DNA of 63,467 nucleotides, filler included, from Diploschistes diacapsis (GCA_023645945.1; 33 parts of 33 records of this genome joined end to end with filler, not necessarily neighbours in it); one strand, 5' to 3'; shown: positions 1 through 13,014, numbered from the whole stretch's first letter. The notes: generated from the sequence alone by a model not told the origin. Program-made: numbers and translations.

Positions 1-360
1 CGCGTATATCGTTCTATCGCGACGGAAAACTATATTCGATTAAATTAATCGTACGTTTAAGAATCGTTTCTTTTTTTAACACAATTAAATTTATTAAGTT
101 AATTAAAACATCGTATCTTAAAATACGACCATCGCGTCGAGCAATAAGCGTTATACGAAAAACCTTATATATTTAAAATACGCGTTTTATAATAAGATTT
201 AAGTTAATTTAATAGATTATAATGCTATTATAATTCTATTTTTAATTAAAGATAATTCCATAATCGTACGCGTAGAAAATTAATATAAAAATTGAAAGTT
301 CGTAAAATCGGATGTGAGGTATCCGTTCGTTATGAGTGTCCGCTCATTATGTATATACGT
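1..360 (-). mobile_element. Fot1/pogo-type DNA transposon (family H), 5' end, RIP-degraded
   Basis: Reverse complement of about 62713-63070. The TIR ends ...GTATATACGT and is followed by TA. Confidence 0.8.
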
Positions 361-387
361 TATGGATTTTAATAAAATATTAATTTT

Positions 388-615
388 TGTTGAGCAGACA
401 GGCAGAAGGCATGGCTAGGAGTTTGACTAAGATCTAGAAGGAGGTTCAGTTCAGCTGAACCTCCTGGAATTCCAACTAGACCGATTAAGGAATAGTGTAG
501 GTAGTAGGGCTTAGCGTATCCCACGAGGATAAAAGTCTGCAAAGTAGGATAACCTCCTAGACAAGACCTCTAGACTTCAATATATCCATTACGTTACCAA
601 ACAGGTTATGAGCCC
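388..615 (+). mobile_element. Ty1/Copia 5' LTR (family C, 388-603) plus PBS (604-615)
   Basis: Termini TGTTG...AAACA, immediately followed by GGTTATGAGCCC (copia-type PBS complementary to the tRNA-iMet anticodon arm). A second copy is at 59575-59828. Confidence 0.85.
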
Positions 616-1258
616 GGGTTAGCCTACTCGAACCACTTCGTATTGTTAATACATTAGAGATAAGTCTTCCCGGCAGCTGGGACGGTCACGAGCGCGGGCA
701 CCGATTACGCTGGCTTAGGGAAGGCCTAAATAAGAAGTACTTGGCTCCCGGATTTATCATCTGCCAGGCCAACGAAAAACCTCCGACTCCCTTCTTTCTT
801 CGACAATATCGAAGTTCAGTTGAATTACGTTGAACCTTATCGATCATTTGTTAATTATCGAAATCTAATCGAACCGTTATCTTTGCTATTAGATTTATTC
901 GATCTTTCATTAATCATCGAAGTTTAATTAAATTCGCTAAATTCATTCGATTATCTTCATTTTTATTATGGAAGATTATTTTCTGTATCATTTATTAATT
1001 ACTTATTAATTACGAGTTATTTATTTAATAAACCTTTTTTATTTACGAAAATAGTAATACGATGGACGATATCTTATTTAAGAAGCGGGTTGCCCCTATT
1101 TTAAAAAAAGATTATCAATAGTAATGATTCGAGCTCATACGTATATACCTTAAAAGTAAAGAGGTAGATTACGTTTTCATAATCAGTCATTAGTATCGTC
1201 TATTATAGATACCTCAGATAACTCGATATCATCTATTTTTACCGATTTAGGTTTAGTT

Positions 1259-1358
1259 NNNNNNNNNNNNNNNNNNNNNNNNNNNNNNNNNNNNNNNNNN
1301 NNTTAATTAATTAANNNNNNNNNNNNNNNNNNNNNNNNNNNNNNNNNNNNNNNNNNNN
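1259..1358. other. Artificial contig linker (first of 32)
   Basis: N44 + TTAATTAATTAA (stops in all six frames) + N44. It recurs at 2617, 3975, 5332, 6689, 8045, 9400, 10754, 12108, 13462, 33852, 35204 and onward to 62125. Confidence 0.99.
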
Positions 1359-1513
1359 TATAAAAAAGATAATCGAGCGTTTAAATACCTAATTCTTTTA
1401 AAAAAGTTTTAATACAATTAATATAAATATATAGGCGCATTATCTTATAAAAATGTCTATCCAGGTTCGTAAATTTGAGGCATAATATCGTATAAAGTAA
1501 ATAATATGCTTCG

Positions 1514-2133
1514 TGTTACGATCCAGGGTGACTGGGCAGTCAACTGGCACGTCACAGCTAGTCGGGCACTCCCCAGTCCCATTCTTGTATATAGCCAACC
1601 ACGGACATTAAATCACGTGATTAACAGATGTTTAGTAACAGATGTCTGTTAGAAATAGATCTGTCTGGATAATTATCTGTTGTTACGATCCAAGGTACTA
1701 GGTGTAGTACTTAGCACGCAACAGCTGGTCGAACACTTCCTAACTATTCTTTATATATAATCCAATCAGGGTAACGCGGGTCACGTAATAAATAAAAAAT
1801 CTAAAAAACTATTTTATTCAATCATAAATAAAAAAGAAGAACGATAATTTTATTTATTTATTTATCTATTTTATTAAAAGAATTATTAATTATATAAGAA
1901 CGTTATTATAGCCTTCACGAGTTTAGGACGTATTTACTTTTATAGACATCCTTAGCGATTACTCGGGATCAATTTATATTCGTTATTTCTATCGCTAGAG
2001 AGCTTTCTTTCTAGAGACAGTCCAAAACCTATAACTACTCTATCTTCTTCTCCTGCCACACTCCTCTTCTAACAGAGACCAAACCCACCTTGATCCTACT
2101 CGTGTATACCTTGTATAGATAGAGATCATAACA
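1514..2133 (+). mobile_element. Gypsy LTR family A: partial copy (1514-1680) followed by a full LTR (1681-2133)
   Basis: Inverted termini TGTTACGATC...GATCATAACA; about 10 related copies in the window. Confidence 0.85.
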
Positions 2134-2716
2134 TATTCTTTCTCGATATCGAAGTTGTCGGTAAGAATTCTAATTTCCTATAATAAATTCGCCGGTAAAA
2201 AAAAAGATAAAAGAATAGGTAACTAAAGGTTATAAAAACAGACGAAAGCGTTAAAAAAAATAAGCCAGTATCCCAGGATTCCAGTATCCAGCTAGATCTT
2301 GGTGGCAGGAAAGAAGAAAGACGAATGGCGAGACCGGCTCGAAAGGATGATCTAGCTGATATCTAATAGCTGCTCCAGGCAAATGTTCGAGATGCTGGAT
2401 CTTGATATTCCAAAACATTCTCTTCTCTCATAAAGATTTGATAGAGAAAGAAAAGACACGAGAATACGTTAACCGATAAATAATTATTCTATAAGATTCC
2501 ATTTTTAGACCAAACTTACTAAACGAAAAAAAAATAAAAAAATATTTATTTATTACTGTAATAAAACACAAAGAAATCATTTTAAAAACCACAAATCCTT
2601 ATATAAAATATATAATNNNNNNNNNNNNNNNNNNNNNNNNNNNNNNNNNNNNNNNNNNNNTTAATTAATTAANNNNNNNNNNNNNNNNNNNNNNNNNNNN
2701 NNNNNNNNNNNNNNNN

Positions 2717-3233
2717 CCTTTTTACCATTAAGAGGTCCCATCTTTTATACTATTACCGCGAAGTTCCTTTTTATAAATATATACTTTCTTAAGGGATTTA
2801 AAGGAACTTTATCTTCAGGATCCTCGTTAATGTATTTTTCCGACATTTCTTTTATAGATCTATCTTTATTCTTTTTGACCGTCGTTCTAGAATCCGGCAC
2901 TACCACCTCTTCCATAGAATCAATAATAAAAGCCTTTAGCCTTTTGCCTGCAAAGGTTCCAGCGAGGCTTGTTCTATTAAGCTCGATAAGCTTATATACT
3001 GACTTCTTATAGTCTATATAGGTTATCTTGTAAGGACCGAGCTACTAAAAGTTCAACTTTCTCGATACGGAATAGTCTTTCTAGTATTTGCTGTTATAAA
3101 GTAGTACAAGATCCCTAATATGAAAGATATGGGTCTTTATATAGGTACCTTTATGACGTAAATCGATCACTTAGCCCTTCCGACGTTCCATTTTAATAAA
3201 GATTTCTTTTATATCCTCATCACGGCTTTCTAG
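2717..3233 (-). mobile_element. Ty3/Gypsy integrase C-terminal (GPY/F) remnant
   Basis: Minus strand reads GDLVLLYNS...RKLNF**LGPYKI...YKLIELN..LAGTFAGKRLKAF, with RIP-type stops. Confidence 0.75.
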
Positions 3234-3529
3234 TATAAACACAAGGCGCGCTGTCTAGGGAGACTTCCCTTGCTGTAGTAGGTAGGTAGTCGTAGGTGGT
3301 GTAGTAGATGAATGTAGTGGGACCTGATAGTCAACAGCATACCTAGGTAGGACATTTGTGAGGTATAGGATGCATTAATTGTCTAGAACTACTTAATAGG
3401 CCTCTTTAAATAGAGCTGCCTTATAAGGACCACCTCTATCAAACCTGCGGCCTACTTTTTTATTTATATACGACTTCCCCTTTAATAGTTCGCTGTCCCA
3501 TAACGAACTTTATACAAGTCTTATTAACA
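3234..3529. mobile_element. LTR family F (296 bp)
   Basis: Termini T(G>A)TAAAC...TTAACA. Copies of the same length, inverted, at 5477-5772 and 54465-54760 share one internal flank. Confidence 0.8.
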
Positions 3530-4074
3530 AGAAATCTCTATCTTTTTATCTTTATATCTTAATATAGTCCTATATTTCTCCGATAATTAAAATATTTAAC
3601 GATTTATTATCCTTAACGTTCCTTTTTTCACGTAAACGTACTTCTGGACCTATCTTTCTATATTTCACTCTCCAAACACAGCTAGATAGAAGAACGGTGC
3701 CTATCTAAAGACATCCTTATCTCCGATCGTATTTATATTATCCGTAAATACTCCGCCCGACAGATATAATTAATAACACGTCCTACAACCTTCTTCCTCT
3801 TCTTTCATTTTCCTTCCTCTCGTTACGACCAGTAAGAATTTAATTATAAATAAATATATAGAAAGACAGGCAAGTAAACAAATTATATAAAAAAAAAAAA
3901 TAAATAAATTAAACGGAAAAATAAGAATACTATAAAATTAATAAATAAAATAAATAACCGCGTAAGTAATAAACNNNNNNNNNNNNNNNNNNNNNNNNNN
4001 NNNNNNNNNNNNNNNNNNTTAATTAATTAANNNNNNNNNNNNNNNNNNNNNNNNNNNNNNNNNNNNNNNNNNNN

Positions 4075-4403
4075 GCCTCAACCTTCCCATCTCCCCCTCC
4101 CCGCTCGCCTCCCCGACTGCCCGCAACACCATGCTCAACTCGCGCGTCCTCTCCACCACGTCCCTGCACCCGCACACCCCTGCCGCGGCACCCCCGTACT
4201 TGACGGGCGCCAGAACGAACGGCGGGATCCTGAAGAAGGCGGGCTGCGCGTGCACGAGGGCGGAGGGGGGGAAGAAGATCTCGTTCAACAAGGAGACGAG
4301 AGTGACGCTTGTGAGCCCCATGCCCGAGGGGTACCATGGAATGTACACGAGGATGGCGAAGGACGAGGTCAGGTGGGCTGTGACGGGGGACATGCAGGGT
4401 TGA
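4075..4403 (+). CDS. 3' end of a hypothetical protein carrying GILKK and KKISF motifs (5' truncated)
   Basis: GC-rich frame open from the contig edge to TGA 4403, with strong GC3 bias. Confidence 0.6.
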
Positions 4404-5476
4404 GATGCAAAGGATATGTATGCGGGGGCGAGAGAGCCCCCCACGCCGGGCTCGATTGTACATATGCTGGCGGCGCCGTGGGGTCTTGTGGGGTGGACTC
4501 CCGGGAGGGGGATTTCAGAGAGGATCGGGAGGATTGTAGATAGCGATCCGACGACGCGGTGTCCGCGGATGCAGATGCAGATGCAGGTGGAGGGGACGGG
4601 GAGACAGGCATACGGCCCGCTTTGGCGGGTAGGCACTTGCTTGCTTGCTTTGGTGGATTGGCGCTTTGTCGCTCGTTCGGCTGGGTGGCCGTCTGCTACG
4701 AATGGATCCTACATCACAACACCCCTCTCTCTCTCTTGTGTGTGGCCCAACGTAGTCTTCGTCCTCGTCGTATCTTTTTGTTCCGCCCGCTCCGTCTCTT
4801 CCACTTCCCCCCCCCCCCGCCTTTTCAGCCCTCGCCAGCTAGCTTTCGGTACCCGGCGCAATGAGGCCCACCGTGCAAGTACAATACACTACGTACGGGG
4901 GGGGAGTGGGAGTGCTAACCCAGGACACGCCGAGGGAGAAAGCAGGAAGCTCGGAGATTGGGATGGAGCTGCAAAAACAGAGCAGAAGCAGATGGAGAGA
5001 AAGAGCGGTAGGACACGGATAAAGACAGGAGCCCGGCCCGTCAAAAAAAGGCCTTTTCTTTTTAATAAAAAAAAATTAAGCTTCATTCCATCCCCCCATC
5101 CCCGATCCGCATTTACCAATGTACCGGCGAGCCACACACGCCAAGCAAGCACACTTCCAGAAGACCCAGCAGATCCCGAATCCGGAAAAGAAAAAAAAAA
5201 GGAAAAAAAAAAAAAAAGGGGGCACGCGATGCCGCTGCACCCCGGTATACCAGCGGCCTCTCTTCTCTACCTACCACACGACGGTCGGGGAAAGGGGGGC
5301 CGCCACCCACCCAGCCCCATCACCTATACCCNNNNNNNNNNNNNNNNNNNNNNNNNNNNNNNNNNNNNNNNNNNNTTAATTAATTAANNNNNNNNNNNNN
5401 NNNNNNNNNNNNNNNNNNNNNNNNNNNNNNNGATATAAAGTTATATTAAAATATAGATAACGGAATAAAGATTTCT

Positions 5477-5772
5477 TATTAAAAAGATTTATATAGAGTT
5501 CGTTATAGGACAACGAATTATTAAAAAAAGTATCGTATATAAACATAAAAGTAGGCGGTAGACTTAATAGAAGTAGTCCTTATAGGGCAGTTCTATTTAA
5601 GGAGGCTTACTAGGAAGTTCTAGACAAGCAATACATCCTATACTTCACAAATGTCCTACCTAGGTATGCTGTTGACTACGAGATCACACTACATTCACCT
5701 ACTACACCACCTACGACTACCTACCTACTACAGCAAGGGAAGTCTCCCTAGACAGCGCGCCTAGTGTTTATA
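5477..5772. mobile_element. LTR family F copy
   Basis: Reverse complement of 3234-3529. Confidence 0.8.
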
Positions 5773-6688
5773 ATAGAAGCTAGGCGATAACGGTAAAATC
5801 CTTAATCCAAATGCGATAGTAAATATATATTTCTAGAAATCCTCTTATTTGTGTTATATTTCGAGAAATAGGCTAATCCATTATTTTTAAGATCTTCTTG
5901 GTTTCTAGAGAGCGTTTTTCCGGGGTATAAAGATAGTTTATTATTTTTAATTTTTTAACGCATTATTGTGATTTCGCTTTTAAGGTAATTATATTTATTA
6001 TTTCTATCGTATATAGGGCCTAATCGATATTTTAAATGTATTTAAGTATATATTTCCGTATATTAGATAAAGCCTCTTTTCTATTATAAGTATATTTGAG
6101 GTCCTTAATTCCAAAATCGTTAAAAAAGGGCTGAATTATATAAAAAAAACCGACAAAAATGATTATTATTATTCGTACAAATTGTCCGACCGAATTAATA
6201 CTTCCCTATAATAAAATAATACTCCTCAATAGATCTAAAAGAGTGGCGAAAGCCGTAAGATTACAAAACCTTTTATAAAAAATGCACTAATCGTATCCTA
6301 AAAATATATCTATTAAAGAACCCACGGCCTATGTTACGAAAAATTTTACAAAATTATCCGTATTAAAAGGTAAATTAACGTCCCGACGAGTTATTTTGTT
6401 AATATATATTACTATATTCATTATTTTATACTTCTTAAAATCAGTCTTAGCTATTAAAAACCATAGATTCTTATACGGTCCTTAACAGTATTCTAATATT
6501 CTAACATTTATCTTTTTTTAAAGCATCTTAATCACCACCGGCTCTAAAGCTTTTAAAATACGAAAGGGTTTTATCTACCAAGCTTCATAATCGATAATAT
6601 TTATTTCTTAAGGCGGCGCAACCTCTGGGCGTATGCGTCCTATATAGAAGAAATTTTAGGCTAAAGTTGCTTTTCGATTTGATAGTAC
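5773..6688 (-). mobile_element. Ty3/Gypsy reverse transcriptase remnant
   Basis: Reads GPYKNLWFLIAK...TRRDVNLP...GSLIDIFLGYD...LTAFATLL, matching fungal Gypsy RT motifs with RIP stops. Confidence 0.8.
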
Positions 6689-7108
6689 NNNNNNNNNNNN
6701 NNNNNNNNNNNNNNNNNNNNNNNNNNNNNNNNTTAATTAATTAANNNNNNNNNNNNNNNNNNNNNNNNNNNNNNNNNNNNNNNNNNNNTATATCGGTCGA
6801 ATAGATATAATTTATCTTTTATTTCTCGGATTGTTTTAGGGTTTCGATTATAAAAAATAATTTAAAAACGATAAACTAATTTCTTTCTTATATCTAATAT
6901 TTAATCTTCCTCGAGGATCTTTATCTCGATTATAAGTACCGTGAATTAAATTAAGAATTTGTTAAATTCGTTATTACCCTATTATAATTTCCGGTAATTA
7001 TCTTTAACGATTAACCGAGTATTTTTATTTATTTATCGGTTATTTAATCGTTCGAATAATATTTCGAAAAAAATAATTCGATTAATCGAATCTTTATTCG
7101 TGAAAGCT

Positions 7109-8044
7109 TGTTATGATCTCTATCTCTACAAAGTAGACACGAGGTATTGATCAAGGTGGGTTTGGTCTCGTTTAGGAGAAGAGTGCAAGCAGGAGAAGAA
7201 GATAGAGCAGTTATAGATCTTAAACTGTTTCTAGAAAGAAGATTCTAATAATAAAAATAACGAATATAAATTAATCTCGAATAATAATTAAAAATATTTT
7301 AAAAATAAATAATAAAGATATACATAATCTTAATACGAGAATTATATAATAAAATTCTCGATAAACTATTAATATCTATTTCCCTAGCTCTTAAAAAGCG
7401 AAGAAAGCGCCAGAGATAACTCTTATAAAATAAAGAAAACGCTGCCTATTGCTCCTATAGAACATATAAAGCGGCACCGCTCGCTCCAACAACTCACGTG
7501 ACACGAGCGTCAGTGAGTTCCTTAGTGAGTGGCTGGGACGTGACATGTTAGGTACATGGATCGTAACATGGCACCCACATATTATTTATTCCTGCCACCC
7601 TTCTATCTAGATAGTTTCTTCTCTAGCTTTTCGAATCGAGACCTTCTACCTGCAGATTGTTATGATCTCTATTTCTACAAAGTAGACACGAGGTATTGAT
7701 CAAGGTGGGTTTGGTCTCGTTTAGAAGAGGAGTGCAAGCAGGAGAAGAAGATAGAGCAGTTATAGGTCTGAGACTGTTTTTAGAAAGAAGGTTCTGGTGA
7801 TAAAGGTAACGAATATAGATTGATCCCGAGTAATAATTAGGGATGTCTATGGAAATAAACATATTAAGACTTAAAAGAGTTATAATAGAGATTTTTATAT
7901 AATTAATTATTTTTTTAACGGAATAGATTAATAAATAAATAGAATTACCGTTCTTTCGTTTTATTTATAGAGGGTAAAATAGCTTTTAAGATTTTTTATT
8001 TATCACGTGATTAATATTATTATAATTGGATTATATATAAAGAA
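7109..8044 (-). mobile_element. Two family A LTRs (7109-7568; 7658 to contig end) separated by a fragment of LTR family B (7569-7657)
   Basis: TGTTATGATCTC starts at 7109 and 7658, and GGATCGTAACA ends at 7568. The spacer matches 50401-50490. Confidence 0.85.
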
Positions 8045-8144
8045 NNNNNNNNNNNNNNNNNNNNNNNNNNNNNNNNNNNNNNNNNNNNTTAATTAATTAA
8101 NNNNNNNNNNNNNNNNNNNNNNNNNNNNNNNNNNNNNNNNNNNN

Positions 8145-8724
8145 CAATAAGAGATTTAAAAAATTATTAAGGTCGATACCAAGATCCGAAAAAATCGATC
8201 CGATTCCGTTAAAAATAGAATCTATCGTTGAAATAATAGAATTATTCGATGATTATAAACCTATAATTATCAAGCTTAATCTCGATACGAAAACATAATA
8301 TAACTTTATTAATAAGAAATTCGTAATCGAAAATCAGTTAATTCCCTTGCCTAACGCGGAGCTATTAATTCCAAAATGGGTCAACGATTCGAAAGCATAT
8401 TATTATGAAATATATTAAATAACAATATACTTAACGGATTTTTTAGGTACTTATGGTACTATTACGGGTATCTTTTACCCTATTGATAAATAGGTAATCC
8501 ACTTTTATTGGGCTCCCCAGGACTGGCAAAAGGATCAATTTCAATTGACTGCGAAAAGCAAGCCTGGAGATATCGCATTGATTCCAAAAAACATGACGTT
8601 TTCAATCCGCCAGAATTTTCAGGACTACTCCAAAAAGAGACTAGCGTATTTTTGTTGATGATAAAGGAGGTCGAAGATCTATACACTGAAAGAAGGGAAT
8701 TTAAATTAGGTAATATTGGAGAAA
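8145..8724 (+). mobile_element. Gypsy aspartic protease region remnant
   Basis: Degenerate LNLDT..*.NFI and LLLGSPGL....ISID.....WRY motifs. Confidence 0.6.
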
Positions 8725-9175
8725 TGTTATGAACTCTATCTCTACAAGGTAGACATGAGCTATTGTTCTAGGTATGTTTGGTCTCGTATAAAAGAGGATC
8801 ATAGGCAGGAAAAGAAAATAGATCAGTCATACGTCTAAAACTATCTCTAAAAGAAGGCTTAATAATAAAAGATATTCATTATAATTGTTATAGATCTATC
8901 GCTAAAGATAATATGGGACTTAAATACGCTAGGATTCAGAAAAGCCATAACCGCGTTTATTATGTAATGCCTTCTAGCCGCTGCCAGATACCAGATGCTA
9001 ATTAATTGACAGCGCTCATCTAACGCGAGTGCTAGATATTAATTATTAGACAGCTACTCGCTGTTATTTGGTAACCACGTGACCCGTGTTACTATAATTG
9101 GTGCTATATATAGAAAATAATTGAGACGTGACAAGATCGATATTTCGGATCGTAATATTATTATTTTCTTTTAAT
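8725..9175 (-). mobile_element. Family A 3' LTR (8725-9157) with adjacent degraded polypurine tract
   Basis: Family A termini. The flank matches 57045-57090, whose reverse complement is GAAGGAAAGGGATAA. Confidence 0.75.
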
Positions 9176-10884
9176 ATTATCGGCCCGATGATTCATCGAA
9201 GGATGTAATATAAATATTAAATAAAAAGAATCTTAAGTCGTAGGATAATGATATCTTCGTTTATTTTTTATAATTATCGTTTGGTCGACCATATATACCG
9301 ATTCGGATTTTTTAATTCGTTCTTTTATTAAGTCTGTTTTCGGTTAAAAAAAATTATTACAAGATACTTCCGAAATCCGTTAAGTACATAAAATATATTN
9401 NNNNNNNNNNNNNNNNNNNNNNNNNNNNNNNNNNNNNNNNNNNTTAATTAATTAANNNNNNNNNNNNNNNNNNNNNNNNNNNNNNNNNNNNNNNNNNNNA
9501 TCCAATTTTTAACGTTAAATTAAATATTCGAAGACCTTTAAAAACTAATTTAAACGAAAAAGTAGCGTACGCGTTTCGTATTTTAAAAAAAATTATAAGT
9601 AAATAAAAGTACCTTCGAAAGAAAGTTCTCATCGTTAATAATCGGAAATATTTAAATTACATACTTTTCGACGAATGCGGGAACTTCGGATACGATTACG
9701 CAAAATGATTCGGGAGTATCACCTACTTCCCACCCCGTTCATATAAATCTCGTAAGGCTGATAATTAATTTACATACACGCTAAGTTAGGTCCCATATAA
9801 ATTTATATATGTATTTTTTTAAGTCCTTTAATATTTATATCACGTAATAACATTTTTTATTATTAAAATTCTTTTTTTTCTATATATTTTAGAGCTTTTT
9901 TTAAAGTTTAATATATAATTTATTAAATTATTTAAATAATTAATATTTAAATAACCTTTTTACGACATTATTAGCTATTAATTAGCTCTGCGCGTTTTAT
10001 ATTTTATTCTTTTTTTTTTTTTCTTTCTTTTATTCTTGTATTAATATCTTTATAGATCTTATGGCCGCCGTTTCTCTCGTCGCGTTCCTCGTCGCCGTTT
10101 TTTAATCTTTTGTCGTCGTTATTATTATTATCGCTACCGCTTTTTCTTCTATTTTAATTTTAATAGCTTTTCGTTTCCGTCGTTTATTTATCGTAATAAA
10201 ATTCGTTTCTTACGGTTGCGACGCGTTCTTTCGATTCGATTATCGTGCGCGCCTCGTCGTTAACGTTAATTTTATAAACGGGAACGCTACGTCGTCGCCG
10301 TTAAAAAAAAAGATAGGATATTTTAAATAACTGGCTACGGAGGAAGAAATGAGGTAATAAAGGGTTAAGAAAGGATAAAGAAAGGGGGGAAGGAGGAAGG
10401 GAAGAAGGGGATTAAAGGAGGGGAAAAGGTGGAGGAAAGGCGGTGCTAGGCGGCGTTTTAAAAGGCAAAAAGGCTTGCCGCGGCGGCGTGGATCCCCCCT
10501 AAAGCGACGACGAAGGTAAAAAACCTTTGAAAGAAGAGGAAAAAACGGCGAGAGAGATATAAGAACTGGATAAAAGATGTAATAACTGCTTTTTAAAAAT
10601 TATATTAGGGCGTAAAGAGCTTTAAAGCCTTAATTTAATTAATTTTAATCTTTTACGACATTTCTATATAAAAATTTAGTCTTTTATATAATTATTTAAA
10701 CGGATTTAATCCGCGTTTATTTTAAAATTAACTTTTTATGATCTATATAGATANNNNNNNNNNNNNNNNNNNNNNNNNNNNNNNNNNNNNNNNNNNNTTA
10801 ATTAATTAANNNNNNNNNNNNNNNNNNNNNNNNNNNNNNNNNNNNNNNNNNNNCCTCCCTCCAGACCCCTCTTACTCCCCAAAG

Positions 10885-12107
10885 ATGGTCGCACTCTCCA
10901 TGGCCGACGGCTACGCTCGCGTCTCGGGCCAACCCCAATGCGTCATCGTCCACGTCGACGTCGGCACGCAGGGCCTCGGCGCCGCCGTCCACAACGCCTC
11001 GACGGGCCGGTGCCCCGTGCTCATCTTCGCCGGTCTGTCCCCCTACACCCAGGAAGGCGAGGCCCGCGGCTCCCGCACCGAGTACATCCAATGGATCCAG
11101 GACGTGCCGGACCAGAAGCAGATCGTGGCCCAGTACTGCCGGTACACGGCGGAGATCAAGACGGGCAAGAACGTTAAGCAGATGGTGTTCCGCGCGCTGC
11201 AGTTTGCCATGAGCGAGCCGCAGGGCCCGGTGTATCTGTACGGAGCGCGGGAGGCGATGGAGGAGGAGCTGACTCCGTATGCGCCGAAGGTGCAGCGGTT
11301 TGGCGCCGTGGGACCGGCCGCGCTGCCGGAGGAAGGGGTGAGGCAGGTCGCGGAGGCGCTGGTGCATGCGAGCAACCCGCTCGTGATAGCGGGGTACTCA
11401 GGCCGGAATCCGGCCTCCGTGCCGGAGCTGGTGAAGCTGGCCGATACCGTCAAGGGCCTGCGCGTGCTCGAGACGGGCGGGTCCGACATGTGCTTTCCCC
11501 AGACCCACCGCGCCTCGCTGGGCCTCCGGTACGGCGTCGACCGGTCCATCCCCGACGCCGACGTCGTGCTCGTGCTCCACTGCGACGTGCCCTGGATACC
11601 CACCCACAACAAACCGAATCCCTCCGCCACCGTCTTCCACGTCGACTCCGACCCGCTCAAGCAGCAGATGCCCGTCTTCTACATCGAGGCCGAGGGCCGC
11701 TGGAAAGCCGACGCGGAGACGGCGCTGCGGCAGATAAACCACCACGTCTCCGCCTCCGCCTCCCTCCGCAAGACCCTGTCGTCGTCCACCTTCTCCTCGC
11801 GCTGGACCAGCCTCGGCGAAGCCCACTCGGCCCGCCTGGCCTCCATCGAGGAAGCCGCCGCTCCCGCCCCCGACGGCAGCCTCTCCGTCTCGCAGCTCGC
11901 GGCCGCCGTGCGCCGCGCCTGTCCGCCCGACACCATCTTCGCCGTCGAGGCCGTGACCAGCGCGCTGCTCGTCACGGACCAGCTCCTGCCAGAGATCCCG
12001 GGCAGCTACCTGAACTGCGGCGGCGGCGGCCTGGGCTGGTCCGGCGGCGGAGCGCTGGGGATCAAACTGGCATCCGAGGCGAAGGAGGGGAGGGGGCGGG
12101 GGAGGTT
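10885..12107 (+). CDS. Thiamine-pyrophosphate-dependent enzyme, acetolactate synthase-like family (internal exon; gene truncated at both ends)
   Basis: MADGYAR, HVDVGTQG..AVHNA, PQGPVYL and GGGLGWSGGGALG motifs; preceded by an intron 3' end (CTTAC...AAAG). Confidence 0.9.
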
Positions 12108-12207
12108 NNNNNNNNNNNNNNNNNNNNNNNNNNNNNNNNNNNNNNNNNNNNTTAATTAATTAANNNNNNNNNNNNNNNNNNNNNNNNNNNNNNNNNNNNN
12201 NNNNNNN

Positions 12208-12806
12208 TATTTAAAACAATCAAGCGTAAATATATCGTATTTATATAAAGTTTTAAAATAGATTATTTATATAATACTTTTTTAAAGATATCGGAAAGTA
12301 AAACGCGTTATCTTTCTTAATCGCTATATTTATAGATTAAAACAAAACGGACGAGAATAGTTCGAGTATATTTCCGTTAAATTAAAAGAAATAAATTTCA
12401 TTTCGGCGAACTTCGATCCCTACGTCTTTATTTATGTGGATTCTTCTTACGAAAGATTTTATATATTTTTATATGTAAACGATCTTGTGTTAATTGGACG
12501 TTTAAAGAAACTTATGGATTAAATAAAGCAATAGATCAAAAAAAATTTCGTCTATAAAGAATTAAAAAAGACGAGATATATCTTAGGATTTGAAATCCAT
12601 TATAAAAAGGATTATATTACGTTATTATAGAAGATATACGCAGATCGAGTAATCGAACGGTTTTATATAAAGAACTCTCGTATAATTATTATTCTTTTAT
12701 TTCCGAATATTATTATATCTCGAGTTTTATTTAATTTAGAATCTAAAGACTAGTCACTATATTAACAATATATGGGATCGTTAAGTTATCTTTTAATCGA
12801 GATAAG
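12208..12806 (+). mobile_element. Ty1/Copia reverse transcriptase remnant
   Basis: IYRLKQNGRE*...FDPYVF...LYVNDL, a RIP-altered form of LYGLKQSGREW / DPCVF / YVDD. Confidence 0.85.
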
Positions 12807-13014
12807 TGTAGTAGCTATTGAGCTACTAGGGGTGTCGCTTGCTCCTGCCTTCGCCGGCGTCGCTCGTGATGCCATGGGTGATGATGCCATTGGGCATCCA
12901 CCCACTTAGCAGCTATTGTAGTAGCTATAAAGGCTCGCTGCCCACCTAGCTTTTAGCAATCCATCTTCTATATATACTATAATTTGAGTTTATACTGACA
13001 ATTTGGTAGCAACG
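12807..13014 (+). mobile_element. LTR family D 5' LTR (12807-13000) plus PBS TGGTAGCAACG (13004-13014)
   Basis: Termini TGTAG...TGACA; near-identical inverted copy at 45271-45463; PBS begins with TGG, typical of tRNA 3'-end priming. Confidence 0.8.

Noticed and set aside
1303..1314. TTAATTAATTAA palindrome recurring about every 1.35 kb
   Set aside because: It is always centred in N runs, so it is an artificial six-frame stop linker.
4416..5331. 323-aa ORF in the ORF track
   Set aside because: It runs through homopolymers and microsatellite-like sequence typical of intergenic DNA, with no coherent protein features.
9500..10753. RIP-like AT-rich contig with a purine-rich core, probably a transposon
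   Set aside because: No diagnostic motif or second copy was recognised, so it is left unclassified.
10854..10884. TPP riboswitch in the intron of the TPP-enzyme gene
   Set aside because: Only 31 nt of the intron are present, and no aptamer motif is visible.
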